In this document: one piece after another, positions 45,253-54,952 of the stretch
Position numbering within the stretch: position 1 is the stretch's first letter
How the letters are laid out: each line of letters opens with the position of its first letter
Assembly: GCA_963845245.1 (NCBI GenBank)
Contig: CAWJRJ010000011.1
Coordinates: forward strand, 64,001 to 128,000
DNA: 64,000 bases
Direction: 5' to 3'
Source: Nitrospirota bacterium
GTDB taxonomy: Bacteria; Nitrospirota; JACRHJ01
Program-made: the position numbers and the translations under genes
The notes under the pieces: generated by a model
Databases searched by the model: none
What the model was told of the DNA's origin: nothing
Seen by the model: the letters and a program-made list of their open reading frames with translations, nothing else

Positions 45253-46731
45253 ATGAGTCTTTTTTTTGTTGATAGATTTTACGATGGAATCTTCGGTTTT
45301 ATTGAATTAACCGCTATAGAAAATGAAATAGTTAATACACCCATCTTCCAGCGGCTACATCATATAAATCAGTTAGGATTAGCACAAATAATTTTCCCAA
45401 ATGCAACACATACTCGTTTCTCACATTCGTTGGGAGTTCTAAAAATAATTGATAAAATGATTTTGCAATTAAATAACAAGGCTCGAGAAAAACGCATAGC
45501 TGATGATTTTATCAACGATAAAGCCCGCCAAATTCTTCGGTTAGCTGCATTGCTTCATGATGTTGGACACCTACCTTTTTCGCATGCAGGAGAAAATGCA
45601 ACAGAAGCTTTCGAAAAATCAGCGGATAGAGAGGTGGTTAAAAAGGGGGCTGCCCCTTCTTTGCCTGATGAAAAAGTTCACAACTTTAAACTTCATGAAG
45701 AATTATCCAGGCATATTGTAATTAACTTTAACGATGTAACTGACGTGTTGAGAAAACATTATTCTCAAGAAGATATAATGGAAATCGGTAACATAATTTA
45801 TGGAAAATCAGCAAATCCTCTTTTTAGTTCTTTGCTCCATTCTGAATTAGATGCTGACAGACTTGATTATCTAATTAGAGATTCCAGCTTCACTGGTGTT
45901 GTCTACGGAAAAGTTGAGATTGATCAAATAATTTCAAAATTAGATTTTCTTCAAAACGCTGATGGAATAATACTAGGTGTAAAAGCTAAAGGCATCCATG
46001 CCGTAGAACACTATTTACTCTCAAGATATTACTGGTATTCTCAGATTTTAAATTACCCGAAAATGCTTTATATCGATAAGATATTACAAAAAGTTTATCA
46101 GTTTATGATAGGGCAAGGCATTTTACCAAATAAAAAGAATTTAATGGATGCCATTGAAAAAAATAATCATCACGCAATTCTTGATTTCAACGACCACTTA
46201 GTTTTGACAGAAATGCGTAGATTGCATGATAAATTTGATAAAGAAAAAGACAAGCTAGCAGGAGAAGCGTTATTTATAAACAATGCTATTAAAATTTTGC
46301 TTTCTGGCAAAATACCTGAACCTATCATAGTTAGGCAACAAATTATCGAACAGGAAAAAGCAACTGATAGGAAAACAATTTGTGAAAAGGAAATTCTACA
46401 ATTAAGAGATAAATTTGCCGAAGAAACTGGCATTTCTAAACATTACATAGATTATATCTTCATTGATTCAAAGATAAGCAAAGCGAAGGCAACGGAAGAT
46501 GGTTCTGCGCAGGCAATTCCAGACGTAACAAACGAAGCAATTAAAGTTATTGACTCTTTTAAAGAACCGCCTTATTATTATCTAGTAGATAATAAAAGTA
46601 CACTAATAAACAAATTAAGCCACTTACAATTACAGAGTTTTTATTTATTTGTAACTTATCCAGAACGAGATGATAGGTTTAATTCCTTATTTCGTAACAT
46701 TGATAGTGCGTTGATGCCTTTATTTGATTAA
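45253..46731 (+). CDS. HD-domain phosphohydrolase, dNTP triphosphohydrolase (YwfO/SAMHD1-like)
   Basis: FQRLHHINQLG, HTRFSHSLG, LLHDVGHLPFSH, HEE, DADRLDYLIRD; strongly AT-rich; GGAGGG RBS before 45253. Confidence 0.9.
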   Translation: MSLFFVDRFYDGIFGFIELTAIENEIVNTPIFQRLHHINQLGLAQIIFPNATHTRFSHSLGVLKIIDKMILQLNNKAREKRIADDFINDKARQILRLAALLHDVGHLPFSHAGENATEAFEKSADREVVKKGAAPSLPDEKVHNFKLHEELSRHIVINFNDVTDVLRKHYSQEDIMEIGNIIYGKSANPLFSSLLHSELDADRLDYLIRDSSFTGVVYGKVEIDQIISKLDFLQNADGIILGVKAKGIHAVEHYLLSRYYWYSQILNYPKMLYIDKILQKVYQFMIGQGILPNKKNLMDAIEKNNHHAILDFNDHLVLTEMRRLHDKFDKEKDKLAGEALFINNAIKILLSGKIPEPIIVRQQIIEQEKATDRKTICEKEILQLRDKFAEETGISKHYIDYIFIDSKISKAKATEDGSAQAIPDVTNEAIKVIDSFKEPPYYYLVDNKSTLINKLSHLQLQSFYLFVTYPERDDRFNSLFRNIDSALMPLFD

Positions 46732-46745
46732 ACAAAGAGGAATAT

Positions 46746-47231
46746 ATGATATCGAATCCTGCTAAATTAAATCTGTTTTTTAATCGGTTAGATTGGTTAA
46801 AAATAGAGGACATGTCCAACAGGATAATCTTACAGAAAACAATTTTTATTCTGCAAGAATTGGGGTTAGATTTAAACTATAATTTTAATTGGTACATTTA
46901 TGGACCATATTCGCCATCTTTAACAGAGGACGCTTTTGAACTAAAGCAGAATGAAAAAACATATAGAGAAGAATCCGACGAATTCAATTTGAGTGATCAT
47001 GCACAAAAAATAATTGAGCGATATAATTCTATTTTTGGTGCAAAAAAAGAAGACTCCGTTTGGCTTGAATTAATTGCCTCTTTGTTATTCCTACGAAAGT
47101 TTTATTCAAAAACTAATTATGATGATCTAAAAGCATTTTTATTGGAAAAAAAACCAAAGTTCGAAAGTAATCCATCTTTAGTTAACGATGCAATAAATTT
47201 TCTTAAAGAAAATTTGCCCGCAACCACTTAA
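46746..47231 (+). CDS. YwgA-like protein (related to the SocA/Panacea-type winged helix)
   Basis: RIILQKTIFILQ, YNFNWYIYGPYSPSL, WLELIASLLF; 14 bp downstream of the HD gene. Confidence 0.7.
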   Translation: MISNPAKLNLFFNRLDWLKIEDMSNRIILQKTIFILQELGLDLNYNFNWYIYGPYSPSLTEDAFELKQNEKTYREESDEFNLSDHAQKIIERYNSIFGAKKEDSVWLELIASLLFLRKFYSKTNYDDLKAFLLEKKPKFESNPSLVNDAINFLKENLPATT

Positions 47232-47260
47232 TCTATATTTGAGCTTTACTTTTATATTAG

Positions 47261-47290
47261 AAAGCCGCCATTTGCTTTAGGCGGCTTTTT
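47261..47290 (+). terminator. Intrinsic terminator
   Basis: aaagccgcc...ggcggcttttt. Confidence 0.8.
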
Positions 47291-47415
47291 ATATTTTCTC
47301 TCCCCTTACTCACTCTTTTTTCCCGTCTGTTTTTCTCCTGTATATAAGCTATATTTTATTTGACTTTGCCTATTTTTAGGTATATGAATACCTCTAACCA
47401 AAGTGAGGTGTTAAT

Positions 47416-48339
47416 ATGGCCGGAGCATTTACGCACTTTCTAATTTGTGAAAAAGCAATAAGCGAGAAGCATGCCCTGGGTACAGAGTTATGGCAATTTG
47501 TAAACAACAACTCCCAATATATATCCATCGGGGCTGCAAGCCCTGACCTGCCGTATCTCAGTCCCCCTACCGGTGACGTCAAATGGGCTGACGTGATGCA
47601 CTACGAAAAAACAAACGGTATCGCCACTAAAGGCTACGAGGAATTAAAAAGCCGGTGGCTTTTAAAAACGCAAGCCGAAGATGTTAAGCTTGCCTGGTTA
47701 ATGGGTTTTATTTCTCATCTGATTGCAGACGCTACCATTCACCCTATTGTCAAAGCCATTGTCGGAGATTATGACACGCATAAAATCCCGCACAGAAACT
47801 GTGAGATGACCCAGGATGCGATTTTGTTTAATGAAATAATGGGAAACGAAATCAATTATGCGGAATTTTCTGAACAGTTAAAATTTTGTAAAGCATCTGC
47901 TCATTTTGATGCATTAATGGAGTTCTGGAAAAATCTATTAAAGGGCAACTACACCAAAGATGATGAACCCCATCCCACCTTATGGTTTGACACCTACACC
48001 GAAGCTATCGATTTGGCAGAAGGGGGTTCGGATATTGTCGCTATATTCAGGCATTGTGGAGTAGGTCTTTGTTATAACCGTAGCGATCTAATTCCTGCCG
48101 GTGACCGAAAACTTTATTATGATAACGTAAAACTTCCTACTGGCAAATTTGGGAATTTTATGGATGATGGTTTTTTGAAAACGGTAAAGAATGTAACTGA
48201 TGTTTGGAGCTTACTTTATTCAAATTTAAACTCAAAAACCACACCTACTGTTTTAGCAGTGAACTCTTTAAAAGACTGGAATCTCGACACCGGGGTAGAT
48301 ATGGCATCTGCCGCCAATGAAATTACCTACTGGGCCTAA
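47416..48339 (+). CDS. Zinc-dependent phospholipase C/P1-nuclease-fold protein
   Basis: N-terminal FTH, GAASPDLPY, MHY, GFISHLIADATIHP, HRNCE..D metal-ligand pattern; no signal peptide. Confidence 0.75.
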   Translation: MAGAFTHFLICEKAISEKHALGTELWQFVNNNSQYISIGAASPDLPYLSPPTGDVKWADVMHYEKTNGIATKGYEELKSRWLLKTQAEDVKLAWLMGFISHLIADATIHPIVKAIVGDYDTHKIPHRNCEMTQDAILFNEIMGNEINYAEFSEQLKFCKASAHFDALMEFWKNLLKGNYTKDDEPHPTLWFDTYTEAIDLAEGGSDIVAIFRHCGVGLCYNRSDLIPAGDRKLYYDNVKLPTGKFGNFMDDGFLKTVKNVTDVWSLLYSNLNSKTTPTVLAVNSLKDWNLDTGVDMASAANEITYWA

Positions 48340-48341
48340 TA

Positions 48342-48764
48342 ATGAAAAAAATACTATTGTCTTTTGTTCTGCTTATCTTCATTTCTACGAATGCATGCGC
48401 GACTCTATCGGAACAACAGAGGCGCGAGTATGGGGTACTTTCAGAGGCGGCCCAATCCTCGGCTCAAAAGATTAACGGTTATTTCGGGGATAACATACCA
48501 GACGATTTAAACGGGGAACAGTTGTTGGCGATTGTCAAAGATAAAATACCATCATCTTACTATGATGAGCTGGCTCAATATTCTTTAGAAGTCAGGCCCA
48601 AGAAAACCTATTATCTCTTGCTAGTCTATAAGCCAGGAACTAAAGATATAATTTTATTTGATTACAGTTGCACGCCGAAAGCCGATGGCACTGTATTATT
48701 GACTCCCGAGAAATACGATTTGAATAATTTAGACCTTTATGACCAGTGCAAGGGAGGCTTCTAA
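48342..48764 (+). CDS. Hypothetical exported protein (possible lipoprotein)
   Basis: Signal peptide MKKILLSFVLLIFISTNAC; starts 2 bp after the PLC-like stop. Confidence 0.7.
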   Translation: MKKILLSFVLLIFISTNACATLSEQQRREYGVLSEAAQSSAQKINGYFGDNIPDDLNGEQLLAIVKDKIPSSYYDELAQYSLEVRPKKTYYLLLVYKPGTKDIILFDYSCTPKADGTVLLTPEKYDLNNLDLYDQCKGGF

Positions 48765-48795
48765 AACCTCCACACAAAATCATTCTGTTTTAAAG

Positions 48796-48825
48796 AAGCC
48801 GCTTTCCTCAAAGGCGGCTTTTTTT
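48796..48825 (+). terminator. Intrinsic terminator
   Basis: aagccgct...ggcggcttttttt. Confidence 0.75.
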
Positions 48826-48897
48826 ATTTCCCCTCTTCCTCAACAAAAAAGGCGCACTATAAAATGCGCCTTAAGCGTACCTTTTTAAGGACAAAGT

Positions 48898-49125
48898 TCA
48901 CGCCGCTTTCTTGCCTTCAGCGAGCGCCTTTACGTCCTCTGTGGTCAAGGTTTTCCCGGCAATGCCCCAATCGCCGCTCTTCACTTCTTCCACTATGCAC
49001 GTCGTAACCTCACGCATGTTCTCCCCTTCCACGGAGACCATCGCGTCAGTGAGTTTTTTCACAATCTCTTGCTTCTGCTTGGGCGAAAATACACCCTCGA
49101 TAAGCTTGACCTGAATTAACGGCAT
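48898..49125 (-). CDS. 4-oxalocrotonate tautomerase family protein
   Basis: Pro after the initiator Met (MPLIQVKLIEG), EEVKSGDWGIAG; 75 aa. Confidence 0.88.
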   Translation of the reverse strand: MPLIQVKLIEGVFSPKQKQEIVKKLTDAMVSVEGENMREVTTCIVEEVKSGDWGIAGKTLTTEDVKALAEGKKAA

Positions 49126-49171
49126 ACTTTACTCCTTTGCTTACGGATGCGTCACGCCTCCTTTAATTTAA

Positions 49172-49279
49172 TTATAACAAAGAACTCCCTATTATCTTGA
49201 ACGCCACCACCGGCGACACCAGCGTGGACAAAAGCACGAGCAGCCAGAGCCTGCCAACGAAGACGTTATAGCCCGCACT
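49172..49279 (-). pseudogene. 3' remnant of a small membrane protein gene
   Basis: GC-rich patch in AT-rich intergenic DNA reading SAGYNVFVGRLWLLVLLSTLVSPVVAFKIIGSSLL*, with no start codon. Confidence 0.5.
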
Positions 49280-49390
49280 CGAATATCAGGGGCAGAATGT
49301 CCAAAATATATTGTCATTTAATTTAATCTGTGATATTTAATTAAACTCTTTGGCTTAATATTTCATTGACCGCAGGTAAAGGAGAGCACC

Positions 49391-50026
49391 ATGTCTAAAA
49401 AGATCGTTGTAGCACTGGCATTATTTACTTTTTGTCTATTCGCCCCGGCCGTCCATGCAGCCGCGCCGGTTCCCACGGTAAACTATTCCGCCGATATGGA
49501 AACGGTATCCAAGCACGGGGAAACCACCCTAACGCATGTGTACTCAAAGGGTATGAAGCAGAGGATGGAGACCGGGGCAAAAGGCCGTAAGAACACTGTC
49601 ATAATGAGGCTCGACATGAAAAAGATGTGGATGCTCATGCCGGACCAGAAGATATACATGGAGATGCCCATCCAGCAGCAGGACATAACCACCAAGATGA
49701 AAGACCCGAACGCAAAGGTGGAGAAGAAGTTCATAAAGAACGAAAGCGTCGACGGCCATCCCTGCAAGGAATATTTCGTGACTGTAACAAACAACGGGAA
49801 GAAGGACGCCTCCGGTTATGTATGGGAGGCCTCGGACCTGAAAAACATGACCGTGAAGTGGCAGGATGAGGACAAGCAGACCACGATCACCTGGAAGAAG
49901 ATAGACATAAACGGCCAGATAGCCGATTCCCTCTTCGAGGTACCTTCCGGCTACCAGAAGATGGACATGTCCAACATGGGCGCCATGGGCGCCGGACGCG
50001 AGAGGCACAGAAGCCACCGGGAATAA
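49391..50026 (+). CDS. Secreted DUF4412-like protein
   Basis: Signal peptide; YSAD, KQRME, WMLMPDQKIYMEM, ESVDGHPCKEY, SLFEVPSGY. Confidence 0.75.
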   Translation: MSKKIVVALALFTFCLFAPAVHAAAPVPTVNYSADMETVSKHGETTLTHVYSKGMKQRMETGAKGRKNTVIMRLDMKKMWMLMPDQKIYMEMPIQQQDITTKMKDPNAKVEKKFIKNESVDGHPCKEYFVTVTNNGKKDASGYVWEASDLKNMTVKWQDEDKQTTITWKKIDINGQIADSLFEVPSGYQKMDMSNMGAMGAGRERHRSHRE

Positions 50027-50190
50027 CTGCTGTCGAAGCATCGGAACTCATTCAAGGCCGCATTCGTGCGGCCTTTTTATTTTAAACGTAAACCACCTGC
50101 GATACCATCGCCATTCAAATCCTCTTCCATGCAGGCACGAAATATAGTAACATCTCTCCTCATAATCACATTCGGTTGCGAGGCTGGCCA

Positions 50191-50679
50191 ATGGACAAAA
50201 TTCCCGTACAGTATTACCCGTTTTTATTCGCCGGTATCTTCGTCGCTTCCTGGTTCGTCACGGCGCGAATCGTATCCGCAATGGGCTGGCAAAAGCTTGC
50301 AAAGGTGTACGGCTCAGAGAAGGAATGCGAAGGCACGCGCTGGTCCATGCAAAGCGCAAAGGTCGGCAGCGCATCGTACAATGGATGCCTGACTATCGGC
50401 GCAAACTATGACGGCCTGTACCTGTCCATCCTTTTCATTCTCAGGCCGTGGCACCCGCCCATCTTCATACCCTGGAGCGACATATCGGCAAAGGAGGCCA
50501 AGCGGTCCATGCTCCTGGGGGACCTGTGCGTCCTCACCTTCAGCAGGGCACCTGGGCTGGAGGTGGTACTGCGGAAAAAGCTCGCCGAGAAGATAAAAGC
50601 CCAATACCGGAACTACTGGCCTGACAAGGAAGGGCGGATAGTGACCGGGCTGACACTGGGCGGGACGGGCACGGATTAG
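50191..50679 (+). CDS. Hypothetical membrane protein
   Basis: N-terminal TM; GWQKLAKVY, GLYLS, HPPIFIPW. Confidence 0.7.
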   Translation: MDKIPVQYYPFLFAGIFVASWFVTARIVSAMGWQKLAKVYGSEKECEGTRWSMQSAKVGSASYNGCLTIGANYDGLYLSILFILRPWHPPIFIPWSDISAKEAKRSMLLGDLCVLTFSRAPGLEVVLRKKLAEKIKAQYRNYWPDKEGRIVTGLTLGGTGTD

Positions 50680-50753
50680 GAGTGGGCAACAAAAAAGCCC
50701 GCCCTGAGGCTTTGCGCCCCGGAGCGGGCTGAATATTATTGTTTAACGGACTC

Positions 50754-51165
50754 TCAGCCGTTTGACGGCAGGCATGACAGATTCGGCTTTGCCGCGATGT
50801 CGCCTCTATCCACCTTTCCGACTATTACCCTGCCTTCGGCATAGGCGCCTCTGGAGACATTGTCCACCTTGACCTCGCCTATCAGCTGCATCTTCTTGAG
50901 GTCGTATGTCTTATTGCCGAACATGTCCGTGGTACGACCTGTAGATCGGGAGGTTGTCGCCCTTGCAGAGGACTTCGCTGCCTATTGGGCTGAATAGCCT
51001 CACACTGCTGCCGTGCACCGACATGACAGCCGCCCTTATGGGTATGTTAAGCGTCAGGTCCGTCTTCGGCCCTTGCATCGAGTTGTAATTCGTCCCATAG
51101 GCATATACCACGCCCGCTAGGGACAGCCCTGACAACAGCAGGGATAATACAATTATTTTTTTCAT
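50754..51165 (-). CDS. Secreted two-Cys small protein, paralog 1 (one frameshift near 50935)
   Basis: MKKIIVLSLLL...LCKGDNLPIYR, then in a shifted frame ...QLIGEVKV...GDIAAKPNLSCLPSNG*. Confidence 0.75.
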
Positions 51166-51338
51166 TTCCAAACACCTCCGACTTGCAAGTTACTATTCTT
51201 ATATTATATTATAACACCGGAAAGAACCCGTTTTGCCATATGTGCATGGTCCGGTTTGCCATGTGGTATAATATAGTATCCATTATTACCAAACCAAGTA
51301 ATCTGCACCCTGTCCTATTCATTAAACGGAGGTGGCAT

Positions 51339-52007
51339 ATGGCAGGCACAGAGAACACCGTATGGAATAAACCGGATACTCCGGGCGGCAGCAATCCGCC
51401 GGAGGCATCCAAGCCGATAACGTCCCCACCGAACCTGTTATTCTTCGGCTACCTGGTCTTTTTGATATTCAACATAATAAGAAACACGACGGCGGCCGTA
51501 ACACACTATTCACTGGGGACGATCATCGGGTACATTGCCATGCTGTTCATACCCTTTGCCGTCGTTGCCGCCTATAACCTGGTAACGGGCCATGAAAGGG
51601 CCATCGGCAAGGCGTCCATCGGGATTACTGCGTTTTTCCTCATCTTTTCGATGGTTGTGGAGCTGGAAATTGCGTGGAATACGAAGCAGAAGATGAACGA
51701 ATGCCAGTCCATGGTCAATGCGTTGAATGCGCAGCGTGAAGCAGCCCAAAATTATGTCCCAGCCGCTGCTATGCCGTCGGTAGTGTCACGGGAGAGTAAG
51801 CTGGCGGTCCCCGTTAAGGGCTCCGTCAACCTTAAAATGGACTCGGAACCCATGAAGACGGTTGTGCTGGTAAACCCCGCCATCGCGCGGGTGGCCACCC
51901 TATCGCCCTATGAACTGCGCGTGATGGGCATGAAAAAAGGCGTGACCACACTGAGCATACAGGACAGGGCAGGTTATAAATTCGCTTACGAGGTTAATGT
52001 GCAATAA
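51339..52007 (+). CDS. Membrane protein with a C-terminal pilus-secretin-N-terminal-like (T2SS/T3SS_pil_N) domain
   Basis: Three TMs, then KTVVLVNPAIARVATLSPYELRVMGMKKGVTTLSI; GGAGG RBS. Confidence 0.6.
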   Translation: MAGTENTVWNKPDTPGGSNPPEASKPITSPPNLLFFGYLVFLIFNIIRNTTAAVTHYSLGTIIGYIAMLFIPFAVVAAYNLVTGHERAIGKASIGITAFFLIFSMVVELEIAWNTKQKMNECQSMVNALNAQREAAQNYVPAAAMPSVVSRESKLAVPVKGSVNLKMDSEPMKTVVLVNPAIARVATLSPYELRVMGMKKGVTTLSIQDRAGYKFAYEVNVQ

Positions 52008-52022
52008 GGGTCCGCCCCGTTT

Positions 52023-53705
52023 TCAGGCGGCCTCCATATCCTTCTTTTTCCCCGCGACCGTGGTCTGACTGAGCGGCATGAGTAGCTTGAAAACCGTGCC
52101 TTCGCCTTCCCTGCTCTTCACGGTCACATTCCCCCCGTGCGCTTGCACGACCGCCTTGACGATGGCCAGTCCGAGCCCGGTCCCGGCCTCTTTCGCGCTC
52201 GCCTTCCTGCCCCTGAAAAACTTGTCGAATACGTGCGGGACGTCCTCCCTGGGAATGCCCAGACCGGTGTCCGCGACCTCTATCCGCATCATATCGGGAC
52301 TGTCTGAGGGCAGTACCGCGGTGACCCTGACCCTGCCGCATTCCTTGTTGTACTTGACCGCGTTGCAAACGAGGTTTGCGACCACGCGGGCAAACTGCGA
52401 ACGGTCCGCCTCGACGGGTGGCAGTTCTTCGGAGGCCTCAACTTCCACACGGATTTTATGCGCCAGCGCGTGGGCCTCGCTTTCTTTTACCGCCTGACGT
52501 ATGATTTCAGGGACTGATACCGGCTCGGGCCTCAGCTCCATCCTGGTCTCTGCCCTTGTAACCGAAAGCATGTCGCAAATTAGCTCGTATATCCTCCCCG
52601 ATGCCCGGTTGATGCTTTCGACCATCTCGAGGGAGTCCTTGTCCTCAAGCCGGCCTCCGAGCAGTTCGGCGTAACCGGAGATAATGGTTAGCGGGCCCTT
52701 GATGTCGTGGGTAAGCATGTGAAAAAGCCCGGTGCGCTCATCCTCAGCCCTCACCTGCTCCGTAATGTCGACCAGAGTGCCGATCACGGCGGGCCTGCCC
52801 TTATACGTGGTCCCCCACGCCGAGACCTCCACATAAAAAACACTGCCATCCTTTTTGAGCCCTCTGAACCTGGCATGCCCGTTGGTCTTCCCCCTCATTA
52901 TCCGTTCTATCATCCCCGAGGGTATATGCCTGTCCTCCGGGTGGGCAAGCTCATCAAGTATGCCGCCCGCCTGTATAAGCTCCTCGACGGTATAACCGAG
53001 TATCTCGGCAAGCTTGGGATTTGCATAAACAAACTGTCCATCCTGGAATATATAGGCCCCTGCAAGGGACTCCTCCACGAGGCTTCTGAACCGTTCCTCG
53101 GAGTCTTTTAGGCTCGCTTCCGTCTGCTTCCTTTTTATACCGACGGCGACCTCGTCGGCTATTGAGGCAAGAGTACCGAAAGTGGCCTCTGACATCGGGT
53201 TCTTGGAGAATACGGCCATTACGCCGAGCATCTCGTCCTCAACGACCAGCGGGTAGCCACCGTAAGACACTATGCCTACCCGCTTCACCCATTCCTTGTC
53301 GCTGATCTGCGGGTCGTGCATGGTGTCGTTGGTCAAAAGGGGCTTTCGCTCACGCGCGATTATGCCTATCTTGTAAGGGTAGCTGCTGTAAGATATCCGT
53401 CCGTGCGGGCCGTCAAGGTGGGTATAGATCCCCGCGCTTGCGTGGAGCACGAGCATGTCCTCCTCCCTCTTCAGCACCCATATCCTCGCAAAGGCCGCGT
53501 CCAGGTTATCCACAAGGGCCTGGGCACAGCCCTGAAGCATCTCGTACAGAGTGCCACCGAGGGTGAGCGCAGCTCCGATGTCCGCGCCGAGCGAGGCGTG
53601 CCTTATCCTGTCTGCAAGGTTGTCCTCAAATTGCTTGCAGTCGACACAATCCGGGGCGGCATCTCGCTGTCGCAGGGGTCTCTTATTGCCTGAACCAGTG
53701 TCCAT
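52023..53705 (-). CDS. Cytoplasmic GAF-PAS histidine kinase
   Basis: GAF (AAFARIW...ASAGIYTHLDGPH), PAS, THDIKGPL, GTGLGL. Confidence 0.9.
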   Translation of the reverse strand: MDTGSGNKRPLRQRDAAPDCVDCKQFEDNLADRIRHASLGADIGAALTLGGTLYEMLQGCAQALVDNLDAAFARIWVLKREEDMLVLHASAGIYTHLDGPHGRISYSSYPYKIGIIARERKPLLTNDTMHDPQISDKEWVKRVGIVSYGGYPLVVEDEMLGVMAVFSKNPMSEATFGTLASIADEVAVGIKRKQTEASLKDSEERFRSLVEESLAGAYIFQDGQFVYANPKLAEILGYTVEELIQAGGILDELAHPEDRHIPSGMIERIMRGKTNGHARFRGLKKDGSVFYVEVSAWGTTYKGRPAVIGTLVDITEQVRAEDERTGLFHMLTHDIKGPLTIISGYAELLGGRLEDKDSLEMVESINRASGRIYELICDMLSVTRAETRMELRPEPVSVPEIIRQAVKESEAHALAHKIRVEVEASEELPPVEADRSQFARVVANLVCNAVKYNKECGRVRVTAVLPSDSPDMMRIEVADTGLGIPREDVPHVFDKFFRGRKASAKEAGTGLGLAIVKAVVQAHGGNVTVKSREGEGTVFKLLMPLSQTTVAGKKKDMEAA

Positions 53706-53802
53706 GGGTATATTGTACCATATTGGTCAGATATATGTGCACGAGACAATGGCGCAACAAAACATCCCCATGCCGCCTATCCCAATATTATGGACGGTCT
53801 GC

Positions 53803-54201
53803 TCAGCCCTTCAGACATGTCTTGTCAGGCTTGATCGCCAAATCTCCCGGGTCCGCCTCTCCTGTTACCAGGCTGCCCTGGACATATGATTCGCCTACCA
53901 GGTAGTCTACCCTGACCTCGCCGACCAGCCTCAGGCCAGAAAGGCCTTCGGATGACAGCCTTCCCTTCATGCCGGACTCTATCCTGTATACAGGGATGCT
54001 TTCACCCTTGCATACTGTTTCGATTCCGTCGGGTACAAACAGCCTTACGGTATCAAGTCTATTGGACATCACCGTAGCCGTGACCATGCCGGAGTCCAAT
54101 CCCGCAGACCTTGTCTTAATAGTGGCCGTATCGTTCGCATAAACCCCGGACGATAGTACGGGAACCGTGAGCAGCAATATCAGCATTAAAATCTTTTTCA
54201 T
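53803..54201 (-). CDS. Secreted two-Cys small protein, paralog 2
   Basis: MKKILMLILLL...VCKGESIPVYR...LVGEVRV...GDLAIKPDKTCLKG; GAGG RBS. Confidence 0.8.
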   Translation of the reverse strand: MKKILMLILLLTVPVLSSGVYANDTATIKTRSAGLDSGMVTATVMSNRLDTVRLFVPDGIETVCKGESIPVYRIESGMKGRLSSEGLSGLRLVGEVRVDYLVGESYVQGSLVTGEADPGDLAIKPDKTCLKG

Positions 54202-54331
54202 TTCATACACCTCATACTTTCTTGTCCATATATTAATTATAGCACCCGGATGGATATGCCCAAAATGCCGCAAAAAGGCCCGCCCCGTTTCCGGAAGCGG
54301 GCCAATAACCTTAAACGAGAAGGTGTCTACC

Positions 54332-54772
54332 TTACGAAGCAAGGCATGACTTGCTCGGCTTGGCAGCCACGTCGCCCTCGTTGGCGCCTCCGACAACCAG
54401 CTTGCCGAAAGCGTAATGGTCGCCAAAGTGTTTGAATATCTTGACCTCCCCTACTAGCTGCTTGTTCGCAAGGTCGGGGTCAGTGTTCATACTGTTAATA
54501 TACGTCGGCATGCGTTCGCCAGTCTTCTTTCCAGAATATAACGCCGGCGACCTGTAGATGGGGATATTTTCGCCCTTGCAGAGCGCAATATTGGCATCGG
54601 GGCTGTAAATACTGACGGTGTTCCCGGCCCTGTAAATGATTGACGCCCTGACATTCGGGGCGCTCCACAGCCTCTCATCCTTAGTGGTACCGGTCTTCGT
54701 CATGTTCGCGGATACCATGCCCGCGGACACTAGCCCTGATACCAGCAAAACCAGTACAAATACTCTTTTCAT
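54332..54772 (-). CDS. Secreted two-Cys small protein, paralog 3
   Basis: MKRVFVLVLL...LCKGENIPIYR...LVGEVKI...GDVAAKPSKSCLAS; GGAGG RBS. Confidence 0.8.
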   Translation of the reverse strand: MKRVFVLVLLVSGLVSAGMVSANMTKTGTTKDERLWSAPNVRASIIYRAGNTVSIYSPDANIALCKGENIPIYRSPALYSGKKTGERMPTYINSMNTDPDLANKQLVGEVKIFKHFGDHYAFGKLVVGGANEGDVAAKPSKSCLAS

Positions 54773-54952
54773 GTTAAACACCTCCAATTATCAAGAGCAG
54801 TGTGCTTATATATAAATTATAGCATCTGGCAAGCCCGGACGACGCGCAAAATTAAGCTTGTTTTTCTCACGGGAAGATGCTAATTTTCTTTGTAGCCGAT
54901 TGGCCTTGGTTTATAAAATTCCCTTATCACTTCATCAGCAACCGGAGACTAT

